This document shows, one piece after another, positions 39,960 through 53,744 of a stretch of 64,000 bases of DNA. The notes beneath the pieces were generated by a model that did no database searches, was not told where the DNA came from, and saw only the letters and a program-made list of their open reading frames with translations. Origin of the DNA: Macrostomum lignano (taxonomy: Eukaryota); assembly GCA_002269645.1 (NCBI GenBank), contig NIVC01002548.1, forward strand, positions 1 to 64,000, read 5' to 3'. Each line of letters starts with the position of its first letter. Positions within the stretch are counted from its first letter, which is position 1. Made by a program: the position numbers and the translations under genes.

Positions 39960-40945
39960 TCTCTGCCGGCTTAGCGACTGCTTGTGTCTCTGCCGGCTTA
40001 GCGACTGCTTGTGTCTCTGCCGGCTTAGCGACTGCTTGTGTCGCTGCCGGCTTAGCGACTGCTTGTGTCTCTGCCGGCTTAGCGACTGCTTGTGTCTCTG
40101 CCGGCTTAGCGACTGCTTGTGTCTCTGCCGGCTTAGCGACTGCTTGTGTCTCTGCCGGCTTAGCGACTGCTTGTGTCTCTGTCTCTTCTCTGTCTCTTCT
40201 CTGTCACTTTTCTGCCGCTTCTCTGCCTCTTCTCTGCCTCTTCTCTGCCTCTTCTCTGTCTCTTCTCTGTCTCTTCTCTGCCTCTTCTCTGTCACTTCTC
40301 TGTCACTTTTCTGCCGCTTCTCTGCCTCTTCTCTGCCTCTTCTCTGCCTCTTCTCTGTCACTTCTCTGCCGCTTCTCTGCCTCCTCTCTGCCTCTTCTCT
40401 GCCTCTTCTCTGTCGCTTCTCTGCCTCTTCTCTGCCTCTTCTCTGCCTCTTCTCTGTCGCTTCTCTGCCTCTTCTTTGCCACTTCTCTGCCTCTTCTCTG
40501 TCTCTTCTCTGCCGCTTCTCTGCCTCTTCTCTGCCTCTTCTCTGCCTCTTCTCTGTCACTTCTCTGTCACTTCTCTGCCGCTTCTCTGCCTCTTCTCTGC
40601 CTCTTCTCTGTCACTTCTCTGCCGCTTCTCTGCCTCCTCTCTGCCTCTTCTCTGCCTCTTCTCTGTCGCTTCTCTGCCTCTTCTCTGCCTCTTCTCTGCC
40701 TCTTCTCTGTCGCTTCTCTGCCTCTTCTTTGCCACTTCTCTGCCTCTTCTCTGCCTCTTCTCTGCCGCTTCTCTGCCTCTTCTCTGCCTCTTCTCTGCCT
40801 CTTCTCTGTCACTTCTCTGTCACTTCTCTGCCGCTTCTCTGCCTCTTCTCTGCCTTTTCTCTGTCACATCTCTGCCGCTTCTCTGCCTCTTCTCTGCCTT
40901 TTCTCTGTCTCTTCTCTGCCTCTTCTCTGCCGCTTCTCTGCCTCT
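39960..40945. repeat. 27-bp (TCTGCCGGCTTAGCGACTGCTTGTGTC)n then 11-bp (CCTCTTCTCTG)n
   Basis: Switch between units near 40180. Confidence 0.94.
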
Positions 40946-41522
40946 TCAGCTAGTGCTAGTGCTCAAGTACGCACACGGGTACCCTGAGACCCCAGAGCGG
41001 CCCTGCTGTGCGCCCAAGTGAATCAGAGCCAGGCACTGGCAGCGAACTTGGCTGTTTCAATGAATTAAAGACAAAATGCGTGTCCGGTCAGATCAGCTGA
41101 AGCAGACGCATGCTGTCACGCCATAGTCAACAACTTGAATAAATCAGTTTTCATGATAATCTGGATAACGGACAACCCACAGGCTTAGCCTCAGCTCTTT
41201 GATCGTGAGAAGCGAAAATGAGAGCGCTAAACACAAATTCAACTCTTTGTCGCCGCTCGGATCAGACCCGTTATCTATCCAATCACGAACTTTATAATCC
41301 TTCAATTGAGCGAGAAATCTGTATTTTAATCCCCCAGGAGTGGCGTCACGCCGTCGCGAAAGGCGGGGTCTTCGAATAGGGATTTTCCAGTCACGTGGAA
41401 TTATTCCAGCTTGGTCTGGGCGGGGCGGCCTGACGATTTTTGACCGCGCCCAAACCACTCTCAACCTCTGCAAGCTTTTTGTTCTGAGTTGTCGATCACC
41501 ACGGTGTGGGGGATTATGGAAA

Positions 41523-42116
41523 GAATGGGATGGGATGAGATGGGATGGGATGGGATGGGATGGGATGAGATGAGATGGGATGGGATGGCATGGGATGGAA
41601 TGGGATGGGATGGGATGGGATGGGATGGGATGGGATGGGATGAGATGAGATGGGATGGGATGGCATGGGATGGAATGGGATGGGATGGGATGGGATGGGA
41701 TGGGATGGGATGGGATGAGATGAGATGGGATGGAATAGGATGAGATGGGATGGAATGGGATGGGATGAGATGGGATGGGATGGGATGGGATGCGATAGGA
41801 TGGGATGGGATGGGATGGGATGGGATGGGATGGGATGGGATGAGATGGGATGGGATGGAATGGAAGATGGGATGGGATGGGATGGAATGATGGGATGGAT
41901 GGGATGGGATGGATAGGATGGGATGGGATGGATGGGATGGGATGGATGAAATAGGGATGGGATGGGATGGGATGGGATGATGGGATAGGATGGGATGGGA
42001 TGGGATGGGATGATAGGATGGGATGGGATGGGATGGGATGGATAGGATGGGATGGGATGGGATGGATAGGATGGGATGGGATGGGATGGGATGGGATAGG
42101 ATGGGATGGGATGGAA
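41523..42116. repeat. (GATGG)n pentanucleotide satellite
   Basis: Direct reading. Confidence 0.96.
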
Positions 42117-42779
42117 TGGCTGTTTTTGCACAGCAGGCTGCCCAGTGTCCCTGAATCCAGCCCAGTCAGCAGCCAATTTCCCAAGATGTCGCAGTCAGTC
42201 GGCAGCTGTTCGAATCCCATGCAGTTTTTTTTTTCAAATTTCGTTCGCAAAACATTTTGAGTCGAATATTATATCGCCGTCGGATGTTTTTGCTACCCCC
42301 GTCGATGGCAACAGGTTCTGTCGCTATTGAGGCACGGATGCGAGACACGTAAAAATCCCTGATCCCAAATTTTCCCCATTCCTGACAGGCGGGCCGCGGT
42401 TGCTTCGATACAGTGCCGGCTGGAGCCTCGGGGAGGAAAAAGATGGAAATTTGATTTCCAACCGCCAGATGGGATGTCAAGCCGCAGACAGGGGGAAAAT
42501 TATCCTCACTAACTATATACGCATTGCTTGTTTCCGCGAAATAGTTTCGTCCTTGCTGACGAGCGCATAAATGCCGAAGCGCCTTCCGTGGCAACTGTGA
42601 AAAAGCAGAAATTAAGGCTGTGCAGAATCTGCGAACATCTTCGAAGATTTGAAGATTCGAAAATTTTCTTCTTTTAGCTAGCAGGCAATGCCTGCCGGTT
42701 CTCACGCTTGTCTGGGAAGCAGGGACTGCTAAAAATACGAGTCAGTGGACTGGAAGGCGGGATACCGTCATTTGACTGT

Positions 42780-42808
42780 GGGTTAGGGTTAGGGTTAGGG
42801 TTAGGGTT
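42780..42808 (+). repeat. Interstitial telomere-type repeat (GGGTTA)4GGGTT
   Basis: Exact TTAGGG copies. Confidence 0.85.
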
Positions 42809-43424
42809 GTTTTAAATTAAAATTAAATGTTTTAAATCCCTCCTTATTTTAAATTCTTGCTTTAAGTTTCCAATCCACCGACGCTATCTCCAGGAGTCCC
42901 TGTCTGAAGGCTCCGGTCTCTGATTGGCTGCCTGCCTGAGTGGTTGGCTCTCCAAAGATTTGCAGTTTCTGAATAAAGGAAATCAGCCCACGGCCCAGGC
43001 AGCTGCCACCCACCCTGCGAGCTCTGCTTTCACCAGAACTCTACAGCCATGCCTAACCAAGATAATTTCAGCTACGAAGACACAAGTCCGCAAGATGTTC
43101 CCGAGTTCCAGCTGGGTGAGTCCGGTGGCAAGTCTCAATAATTGCACTTTTCTCTGCTCTAGATCATCTGGATGACTTGAATAATAGAAATGTCTGTCAA
43201 ATCTATCTATGTGCATGCGGGCAGACTGCCAACTAAATTCACAGTGATTAAAACTCGGATTGCTGGTTTCGGCTTAGTGCGCGTGTACTTTCTATTTTTG
43301 TGTTGGATTGATGGCGTTTAAAAAATTCATTAATTTCACCATTCTTGGGGTCCAAGTGGGTCAGGGGCTGCCACTTTTCGTGACATTGAGAAATTTGACT
43401 CAGCACTCCCCTGACACCGCGGGA

Positions 43425-44430
43425 TGGGATCGGGCACTCTGATGACACTGAGATTGGGCATTCTGGTGACACTGGGATTGGGAACTCCCCTGACACTGAG
43501 ATTGGGCACTCTGGTGACACTGGGATTGGGAACTCCCCTGACACTGGGATTGGGCACTCTGGTGACACTGAGATTGGGCACTCTGGTGACACTGGGATTG
43601 GGCATTCTGGCGACACTAAGATTGGACACTCTGGTGACACTGAGATTGGGAACTCCCCTGACACTGAGATTGGGCACTCTGTTGACACTGAGATTGGGCA
43701 CTCTGGTGACACTGGGATTGGGAACTCCCCTGACACTGGGATTGGGCACTCTGGTGACACTGAGATTGGGCACTCTGGTGACACTGGGATTGGGCATTCT
43801 GGCGACACTAAGATTGGACACTCTGGTGACACTGAGATTGGGAACTCCCCTGACACTGAGATTGGGCACTCTGTTGACACTGAGATTGGGCACTCTGGTG
43901 ACACTGGGATTGGGCATTCTGGTGACACTGGGATTGGGAACTCCCCTGACACTGAGATTGGGCACTCTGGTGACACTGGGATTGGGAACTCCCCTGACAC
44001 TGGGATTGGGCACTCTGGTGACACTGAGATTGGGCACTCTGGTGACACTGGGATTGGGCATTCTGGCGACACTAAGATTGGACACTCTGGTGACACTGAG
44101 ATTGGGAACTCCCCTGACACTGAGATTGGGCACTCTGTTGACACTGAGATTGGGCACTCTGGTGACACTGGGATTGGGAACTCCCCTGACACTGGGATTG
44201 GGCACTCTGGTGACACTGAGATTGGGCACTCTGGTGACACTGAGATTGGGAACTCCCCTGACACTGAGATTGGGCACTCTGTTGACACTGAGATTGGGCA
44301 CTCTGTTGACACTGGGATTGGGCACTCTGGTGGCACTGGGATTGGGCACTCTGGTGGCACTGGGATTGGGCACTCTGGTGACACTGAGATTGGGCACTCT
44401 GTTGACACTAGGATTGGGCACTCTGGTGAC
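43425..44430. repeat. 24-bp minisatellite (TGACACTGAGATTGGGCACTCTGG / ...GGGAACTCCCC)n
   Basis: About 42 copies; explains the 351-423 aa pseudo-ORFs. Confidence 0.95.
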
Positions 44431-45492
44431 AGGAATCGGGTTTGCCCTAATTGGCACTGGAACTTGGCACTCTCTTTAACACCAGGAACAGAAATTAAGC
44501 ACTTCCCCACAACTGTCAAAGCTTGTACTTCCCACGGAGGAAGCGGCCATCTGGGTCAGGCAAAAGGCCATGCTGCATCATAGGAAGCAGACGACAGGAC
44601 CCCAGCAGAGATCTCGGAGGTCGATAAAAAGGCAGAGCAGGCCATGTTAGTTACCAGAACCCAGCAGAGAAATGCTGCTCAGAATCTGCTTCACTCTTCT
44701 CTGTCCCCTCCGTCTCCCGCTTCCCTCAACCCCAAACGTCTGTCTGTATCAGGAAACCAGAGGTCTGGGCTGCAATCCACTCTACATACTATTATAGTTC
44801 CGTGAATCTGGAAAAGTACCCCCTCCCCTAAACGTTAATCGGACATCTTGCACTTAAAGAACTTCTTCCAAAAGAAAAAGATTTTGAAGGAAAAACATTA
44901 AGTAAAATAAAGAATAAGAACGCAGCGCCGCCCACGCGAAGACTTCCACCCCATGGAAGAGGCGCGAGAGGCGGTGTACATGCCAGCTCGCGGCTCTTGA
45001 GGCTGTTGAGAGGGACATTGGGCAGCAGCAGGGAAGAGAAGAACTGGGGTTGGAGACAGAGCTTAGGCCACTGCTCTGCAACTGCTGCATTGCTAGTAGC
45101 ATTAGTCGCAGACACAGGAAGACACAGACTGGGCTTAACTGAAGTGTTTAACTTTCCTTAAGCTTGCATTGTTGCTTTGCTGATGGGAAATGATGAAATT
45201 TTGTTCTTCAGCCAGTAGGCAGCAGTGAGCCTGGCTGAGCAAATACTGCATGGGCTGTAGGGGGCTGCAGAGCTGCAGGAGTTCATTAGGAATGCGGCAA
45301 GCTTTTTGTACCGTCCTCTTTATTCCCTGTGTGGTCTAAGTCATCGATTGGCACCGTGCTGGAGAAAGCCCAGCGTTGGGTTCTTTCTTGATGCACACAG
45401 TGGCAGAATAGAATTGATAGAATAGAATAAATTAGCGTAGAGAGTAGAGTTTGATTAAAGCAGCATAGATGAGAATAATATATGATAGACTA

Positions 45493-47897
45493 CCAGTGAG
45501 ACTACAGACTGTTTCAGTGACACTACAGACAGTTTCAGTGACACTACAGACAGTTTCAGTGACAGTTTCAGTGACACTACAGACAGTCTCAGTGACACTA
45601 CAGACAGTCTCAGTGACACTACAGACAGTCTCAGTGACACTACAGACAGTCTCAGTGACACTACAGACAGTCTCAGTGATACTACAGACAGTCTCAGTGA
45701 CACTACAGACAGTCTCAGTGACACTACAGACAGTCTCAGTGACACTACAGACAGTTTCAGTGACACTACAGACAGTCTCAGTGACACTACAGACAGTCTC
45801 AGTGACACTACAGACAGTCTCAGTGACACTACAGACAGTCTCAGTGACACTACAGACAGTCTCAGTGACACTACAGACAGTTTCAGTTACACTACAGACA
45901 GTCTCAGTGACACTACAGACAGTCTCAGTGACACTACAGACAGTCTCAGTGACACTACAGACAGTCTCAGTGACACTACAGACAGTTTCAGTGACACTAC
46001 AGACAGTCTCAGTGACACTACAGACAGTCTCAGTGACACTACAGACAGTCTCAGTGACACTACAGACAGTTTCAGTGACAGTCTCAGTGATACTACAGAC
46101 AGTCTCAGTGACACTACAGACAGTCTCAGTGACACTACAGACAGTTTCAGTGACACTACAGACAGTCTCAGTGACACTTCAGACAGTCTCAATGACACTA
46201 CAGACAGCTTCAGTGACACTACAGACAGTTTCAGTTACACTACAGACAGTCTCAGTGACACTACAGACAGTCTCAGTGACACTACAGACAGTTTCAGTGA
46301 CACTACAGACAGTCTCAGTGACACTACAGACAGTCTCAGTGACACTACAGACAGTCTCAGTGACACTACAGACAGTCTCAATGACACTACAGACAGCTTC
46401 AGTGACACTACAGACAGTCTCAGTGACACTACAGACAGTTTCAGTGACAGTCTCAGTGATACTACAGACAGTCTCAGTGACACTACAGACAGTTTCAGTG
46501 ACAGTCTCAGTGATACTACAGACAGTCTCAGTGACACTACAGACAGTTTCAGTGACACTACAGACAGTTTCAGTGACACTACAGACAGTCTCAGTGACAC
46601 TACAGACAGTCTCAGTGACACTACAGACAGTCTCAGTGACACTACAGACAGTCTCAGTGACACTACAGACAGTCTCAGTGACACTACAGACAGTCTCAAT
46701 GACACTACAGACAGCTTCAGTGACACTACAGACAGTCTCAGTGACACTACAGACAGTTTCAGTGACACTACAGACAGTTTCAGTGACACTACAGACAGTT
46801 TCAGTGACAGTCTCAGTGATACTACAGACAGTCTCAGTGACACTACAGACAGTCTCAGTGACACTACAGACAGTTTCAGTGACAGTCTCAGTGATACTAC
46901 AGACAGTCTCAGTGACACTACAGACAGTCTCAGTGACACTACAGACAGTTTCAGTGACACTACAGACAGTTTCAGTGACACTACAGACAGTCTCAGTGAC
47001 ACTACAGACAGTCTCAGTGACACTACAGACAGTTTCAGTGACAGTCTCAGTGACACTACAGACAGTCTCAGTGACACTACAGACAGTCTCAGTGACACTA
47101 CAGACAGTTTCAGTGACACTACAGACAGTCTCAGTGACACTACAGACAGTCTCAGTGACACTACAGACAGTCTCAGTGACACTACAGACAGTTTCAGTGA
47201 CACTACAGACAGTCTCAGTGACACTACAGACAGTCTCAGTGATACTACAGACAGTCTCAGTGACACTACAGACAGTTTCAGTGACACTACAGACAGTTTC
47301 AGTGACACTACAGACAGTCTCAGTGACACTACAGACAGTCTCAGTGACACTACAGACAGTCTCAGTGACACTACAGACAGTCTCAGTGACACTACAGACA
47401 GTCTCAGTGACACTACAGACAGTCTCAGTGACACTACAGACAGTCTCAGTGACACTACAGACAGTCTCAGTGACACTACAGACAGTCTCAATGACACTAC
47501 AGACAGCTTCAGTGACACTACAGACAGTCTCAGTGACACTACAGACAGTTTCAGTGACACTACAGACAGTTTCAGTGACACTACAGACAGTCTCAGTGAC
47601 ACTACAGACAGTCTCAGTGACACTACAGACAGTCTCAGTGACACTACAGACAGTTTCAGTGACACTACAGACAGTTTCAGTGACAGTCTCAGTGATACTA
47701 CAGACAGTCTCAGTGACACTACAGACAGTCTCAGTGACACTACAGACAGTCTCAGTGACACTACAGACAGTCTCAGTGACACTACAGACAGTCTCAGTGA
47801 CACTACAGACAGTCTCAGTGACACTACAGACAGTCTCAGTGATACTACAGACAGTTTCAGTGACACTACAGACAGTCTCAGTGACACTACAGACAGC
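45493..47897. repeat. 21-bp minisatellite (CAGTGACACTACAGACAGTCT)n
   Basis: About 115 copies; explains the 826 and 563 aa pseudo-ORFs. Confidence 0.97.
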
Positions 47898-48397
47898 TCA
47901 CGTATATTTATGCCTTGGGATCTCAACCCCTACCAATCGTAATCTCTAGCTCCTTCCCTCTATCTGTGCCTCCATATTTCTGTCTGAGATGACCGTAGTT
48001 GCCCTCAAGACACACCGAGTCTGCCGCTTGAGTTCAGACAATTTCGCACCGATGCCGCCTCAGGGCTTCAGCCCCCTCCCCCTCTGTCGGCTAATTATCC
48101 TGCGAGATCCTTGACCTTCAATTCAAGTAGGCCCCAGTCTGCATGCAGTTGAAAATAAATGTTAATGGATTCGAATATTCGCGAGTGCGAGCACCAATTA
48201 CATCCCGCGCATCGATTCTCGGAGTTAATCCCCATTCTCAAAGTAGGGGATTAGAACGAATTTCAGTAAAAAGGGGGTTTTCTAGCACGCATGCACTCGG
48301 AACTGCTTTGAAGATCAAAAAGCCTCTGTTTGAGTCTAATGTTTTGGCTATATAAAGATACGAATTCACTTACTGCCAGGGCAAAATGGAAGCTTGA

Positions 48398-48665
48398 GAT
48401 CAGGGAATTACGATCAGAAAATGGGATCAGAAAATAGGGATCAGATAATGGGATCAGGAAATGGGGATCAGAAAATGGGGATCAGGAAACGGGGATCAGG
48501 GAATTGGGATCAGGAAACGGGGATCAGGAAATGGGGATCAGGAAACGGGGATCAGGAAACGGGGATCAGAAAATGGGGATCAGGAAATGGGATCAGAAAA
48601 TAGGGATCAGGAAATGGGATCAGGAAATGGGGATCAGGAAACGGGGATCAGAAAATGGGGATCTG
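48398..48665. repeat. About 14-bp repeat GGGATCAGGAAA(T/C)G
   Basis: Direct reading. Confidence 0.9.
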
Positions 48666-48731
48666 CGAAAAGGTCTGCGAAAAAGAACAAAGATGCCAAG
48701 GCGCCAGTAGTGTAAGTCTATCAGATTTTTT

Positions 48732-50777
48732 ATGATGCAACTCAAGCTTTTTACCATGCTCCTGGCAATTCAATGTACTCTTCCAGTCTGCGGCAGCAAC
48801 CTGTCAGGCGTGTCCGATATGCACCCGGCTCTCGGCCAGCGGGTTTTCACGATCGTCTGCTACTTGCTTATCTTTCTGGTCGGCCTCATCGGGAACAGCC
48901 TGGTGCTGCTGGTCAGCATTCGCGCTAAGCACTATCGCAGGTCTACCGTGCACGCGTACATCCTGCACCTGGCCGTGGCCGACATGCTGTTCCTCCTGTT
49001 CTGCGTGCCTGTGCACACCATCGTCTACGTCTTCGACGCCTACTGGCCGCTTGGCGACTTCGGCTGCCGTTTGGTGCACTTCGTGCAGTACCTCAACATG
49101 CAGGCGTCCGCCTCCTTTCTCGTTGCCATGTCGCTCGATCGGTACCTGGCCATCTCCGACCCCATGAGCAACCGACGACGAAGAGCCAATGCTCAGGTGA
49201 GAGCTTCAAATGATTAACTCGTACTCTTGTCTGACTATCAGCCACCTGCGTCATTAAATTGAAATTCGTACTCTTTTTTGACTATCAGCCACCTGTGCCA
49301 TAAAATTAACATTCAGGTGAACTCATCACGTGCGAAGTTATTAATTGTATCTCTGTGACGCCATCGAAAAAATCATCGATAGATTGTTTCCTGCGGCGTC
49401 ATTTAGACATCGTGGATCGGTTGCATGCTTCTTGTGACGTCAATTGAGACATTGTAGAAGGATAGATTTTTCGTGACGTCACGATCGTTTTTGACAAACG
49501 ATCGTACGTGATGTCACGGAGATCGTTCGTTTCGTAGATCGTTCGTTTCGACATCGTAGATTGATCGTTTTTGTGACGTCATAGAGACATCGTAGATCGA
49601 TCGTTTTTGTGAAGTCAAAGAGACATCGTAGATCGATCGTTTTTGTGAAGTCAAAGAGACATCGTAGATCGATCGTTTTTGTGAAGTCATAGAGACATCG
49701 TAGATCGATCGTTTTTGTGACTTCATTGAGACATTGTACATCGATCGTTTCTGTGACGTCATTGAGACATCGTCGATCGATTGTCTCACTGCGTCGTTAT
49801 CGCTTAGTACTCAATTGTCTTAGTCATCAGCCCTTAGAGTGACGTTCTCGATTATCCTTATATCCAGGCTCATAAAGTTAATTTCCTGAAGTGACGTCTC
49901 AAATTGGTTTTAAAACGACGTCTTTCAAGTTCTAATCCTTTCGCAGCTTGTAGAATTGAGTCATTTATGGAAATTAATTTCATTCCAGGCGGTGGCGGCC
50001 TCCCTGTGGCTGATATCCGGCCTCATCTCCCTGCCCTGGTTCCTCACCTACCAGCAAGAGACTGCCGGCGGTGAAAAGATCTGCAGCTACAAAATCATCG
50101 ACGAACGGCTGAAGCTGACGCTGTTCATCGGCCGGGCCCTGCTGGGCTACGTCATTCCCCTGCTGCTTATCGGCTACTTCTCCGGCAGCATGCTGTACCG
50201 GCTGTGGATCTTTCGCCGGCCGGAATCCAGCACACAGACGCTGCGTACCAAACGAAAGGTGACGATCCTAGTAGTGACCCTGGTGGCCTCCTTCCTGGCC
50301 TGCTGGCTGCCGTTCCACTTCGTCGATCTGGCCAGCGTCCTGTTCCCCTGCTTGCTGCTGGGTCAGCCGCCCGACGCCGACAGCATCTCGATGTACCTGT
50401 CCATCTCGCAGTGCTGCCTGATCCTCGGCTACGTGAGCTCCTGCGTCAATCCGATCATCTACAACTTCCTGTCCGAGAATTTCCGTCGCGGATTCCGTCA
50501 GGTCCTGTCGCGTCTCTGCCGCAGGCGCGTCCGAAACAGTCAGCAGGTCGCCCTGCCGATGATCCACCTGGGCGAGGCGCGGCACCAGCGGCTGACCAAC
50601 ACGCTGCGCACGCACCAGCCACCCACCGACAACAACAGCATGAAGAGGAGCAGCAAGGATCGCAGCGGCAGCAGCAGCGGCACGAAGCGCAATAACAATT
50701 TTGTGGGATTCCAGCGAGTGAACTGCAGCACGGTGGGCTCGACTCAGGCCGGGAGCAGTCAGACCCCGACACCGTGA
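48732..50777 (+). CDS. Class A neuropeptide GPCR, galanin / allatostatin-A receptor-like (exons ..-49196 and 49989-50777)
   Basis: GLIGN (TM1), LAVAD..F.L.CVP (TM2), W.LG...C, MSLDRY, CWLPFH, SCVNPIIYNFLSENFRRGF; phase-0 intron GTGAGA 49197 to cattccag 49988. Start codon uncertain (48732 versus 48819 or an upstream exon). Confidence 0.9.
49510..49785. repeat. 36-bp minisatellite GATCGATCGTTTTTGTGAAGTCAAAGAGACATCGTA
   Basis: In the GPCR intron. Confidence 0.9.
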
Positions 50778-51514
50778 GCTGCGGAACGGAGGTGAAATAT
50801 TGGGAATTCAACACGAGTTTGACTGGTCATTGTCCGACACTAATTAAAGTTTTGTTTTCGAAAAGAAAAAAAATTACATTCGATGTTTTTATGCATGTTG
50901 TTTTTCACACCTGATGAGAAGTCAATGAATAGTCGAAATACTGTACATGAGTAGATATTTTACTGCAGTTTTCTGCCACTCTCTGTCTCATTTTTGCCAT
51001 TGTGCTGCATCGAAACGTTTGCGAGTTTCTTTGACCAGAAGCGCTTTTTTGTTCGCAATATGACTTTTGACCAGTTTACGAGATAACACTGCGTTTGCGT
51101 TGGCACAGATGTTATTTAGATTTTTGACTGTACAAGTAGCTTTTGTCTTGTGCCACTCTGTGTAAAAACGTCATGTTTGTCAGCTGGTAGAAAAATCGCT
51201 AAGATTACTAATTTAGTTTGATGTGAATTGCTATAATTTCGTGAATTTTTTGTCCTTGTCCCTGTTAGCTACCACAAATATTATTGACTTTGCGTAGATT
51301 TTCATTGAGCAGTCAACGAAAATAACAAGAAACTGCTTGCTTATAAATGTTGTTCGTGTTGCAAAGCTTTGACGTTTAGAACTGGACAACAGCAAAGTAG
51401 CAAAATAAATTTTGTGTCTCAGTTGCGAAATTAAAACGGGAGCTTTGGATCGTGAAAATTGTTGACTTCTGGAGTATTAATGCCGCTTTGGACTGCCGTT
51501 AGTAACTCTTCAGC

Positions 51515-51536
51515 TAACTAGCTAAGAAACTAACTC

Positions 51537-51580
<44 letters not shown>

Positions 51581-51595
51581 CTAACTAACTAACTC

Positions 51596-51675
<80 letters not shown>

Positions 51676-52045
51676 AAAGCTAACTCACTAACTAACTAAC
51701 TAACTAAAAAACTAACTCACTAACTAACTAACTAACTCACTGACTAACTAACTCACTGACTAACTAACTAACTCACTAACTCACTAACTAACTCACTAAC
51801 TAACTAACTCACTGACTAACTAACTAACTCACTAACTCACTAACTAACTAACTAACTAACTCACTGACTAACTAACTAACTCACTAACTAACTAACTAAC
51901 TAACTAACTCACTAACTCACTAACTAACTAACTAACTAACTCACTAACTAACTAACTAACTAACTCACTAACTAACTCACTCACTAACTAACTAACTAAC
52001 TCACTAACTAACTAACTCACTAACTAACTCACAACCTCACTAACG
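51515..52045. repeat. (CTAA)n microsatellite with CTCA variants
   Basis: Direct reading. Confidence 0.96.
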
Positions 52046-52834
52046 AAATAATTAATCGAATGGCTGCCCAACGAAGTAACTACACAAATAAAAGTAAAAA
52101 AACGAAGTACCCAGCTACTTTACTTGTATTGTACTTTGTCCTTTTAGTGACCTTAATTCCGGAACCCGCCGGGAAGAGCCCGTGCGCAGTCGTGCAGAAG
52201 CGGCACTTAGTGATGCAACTTGTAAGACGTCAAAGCGAGCTCCGCCCTGTGCTGTGTAAATAGCTGACAAAGCTTTGAATTTTGACACGGGTCAAGCGGA
52301 AACAAAGCAGTTCGCCCGAGTGCAACAGACCCAGCAGGCTAATAAGTAAGTGACTGAATTGTGGGGAAAATTTCGGAAATTGTTTCGGAAGCCACATGGA
52401 GAACGGCAGCTACACAAGTCCATGGGGAGAGGGACACAAGTCCGGGACAGGATTAACACTAGTGCAGCATTAGCCGCAGCAACAATAACAAAACAAGCTA
52501 ATCAGGATTAACAGAAAAATAACAAGTCCAGGCGAGTGCCGTGCAGGTGAATGCACACCTGCGGCTGAGCCAGACAAGCGTGTCTACATGGGAGATACCG
52601 AACTCCCCATGAGAATAATGATAAGATAATTAGAGATTCTTTATACAGAATTCTGTATTAGGTCGAGTCCAACAATAAGTTGAGACCTTTCTAAGAAAGC
52701 CGATCTACAGATAATTCTCAGAAAATTATTTAGAGATGCTTTTTTGAATTTGCAAAACTTAGAGACAGACGATTCTTAGAAAGTTAAAGCGGTAGAAACG
52801 ATTCTATAAAGTCTGTTTTGGAGCATTAGAAAAT

Positions 52835-53283
52835 GATTCTTAGAAAGCAAACTCATATAGAACTTTCTTAGAAAGCAAACTCGTATAGTATACAGAAGTT
52901 TCTTAGAAAGCAAACTCATACATACGTTTCTTAGAAAGCAAACTCCGATAGAAGTTTCTTAGAATGCAAACTCATATAGAAGTTTCTTAGAAAGCAAACT
53001 CATACATACGTTTCTTAGAAAGCAAACTCATATAGAAGTTTCTTAGAAAGCAAACTCCTATAGAAGTTTCTTAGAAAGCAAACTCATATAGAAGTTTCTT
53101 AGAAAGCAAACTCATATAGAAATTTCTTAGAAAGCAAACTCCTATAGAAGTTTCTTAGAAAGCAAACTCATATAGAACTTTCTTAGAAAGCAATCTCATA
53201 TAGAAGTTTCTTAGAAAGCAAACTCATATAGTATATAGAAATTTCTTAGAAAGCAAACTCATAGAAGTTTCTTAGAAAGTAAA
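52835..53283. repeat. 28-bp minisatellite (TTTCTTAGAAAGCAAACTCATATAGAAG)n
   Basis: About 16 copies. Confidence 0.93.
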
Positions 53284-53744
53284 CTTAAAAATAATTCCTA
53301 GGCGACTAGACAAGCCATTTTCAGGTTGTCGACATGATTCTTAGAAACAAATTTACAATTTACAAACTTGAAGGCTAAAGGCAGTTAGTTCTACAGGAAA
53401 GGATTCTAAGAATCAAACAAAAGTCTCCATTTCAACCATTACGAACGAGAGCTAAAGAAGCCTTTCGACCATATATTTAAAAGCAAATTTCTGAGAAAAT
53501 CAAAGCGATTTAGTTTCAAACAATCGGATTTGAACCTCTTCGCTGAAAATAAAAAATCCTGGAAAAGAAATCGAATACTGTTGAAACGGCACGGTTCTTA
53601 CGAGCCAAAAACACAATCAAAGCATGCCCCACTGACCACAGTTCCAGATTATAAATAAAATCAATATGACGCAGTCAACAATGGTCTGCACTGGCTTGGT
53701 GCATGAGACCGGTTCACTGGTGCTTAATGGCGCAGAAATGCGGC

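Noticed and set aside
42166-43216. 179-aa and 77-aa minus-strand ORFs with a faint AETSNAY resemblance to piggyBac
   Set aside because: A single weak motif, with no other transposase signature or splice support.
45469-47949. 826-aa and 563-aa ORFs, and similar long ORFs at 36183, 38058-39470, 39868-41021, 41144-42250, 43248-44519, 61490-62644, 28541-29080, 5889-6546 and 17364-19417
   Set aside because: They are translations of stop-free tandem repeats, open on both strands, without splice signals, signal peptides or processing sites.
48732-50777. GPCR as the cognate receptor of the FTRYPDFMLDRGIL peptide
   Set aside because: The receptor looks galanin/AstA-type, whose invertebrate ligands end in (Y/F)xFGL-amide; the peptide does not, and linkage alone is not evidence.
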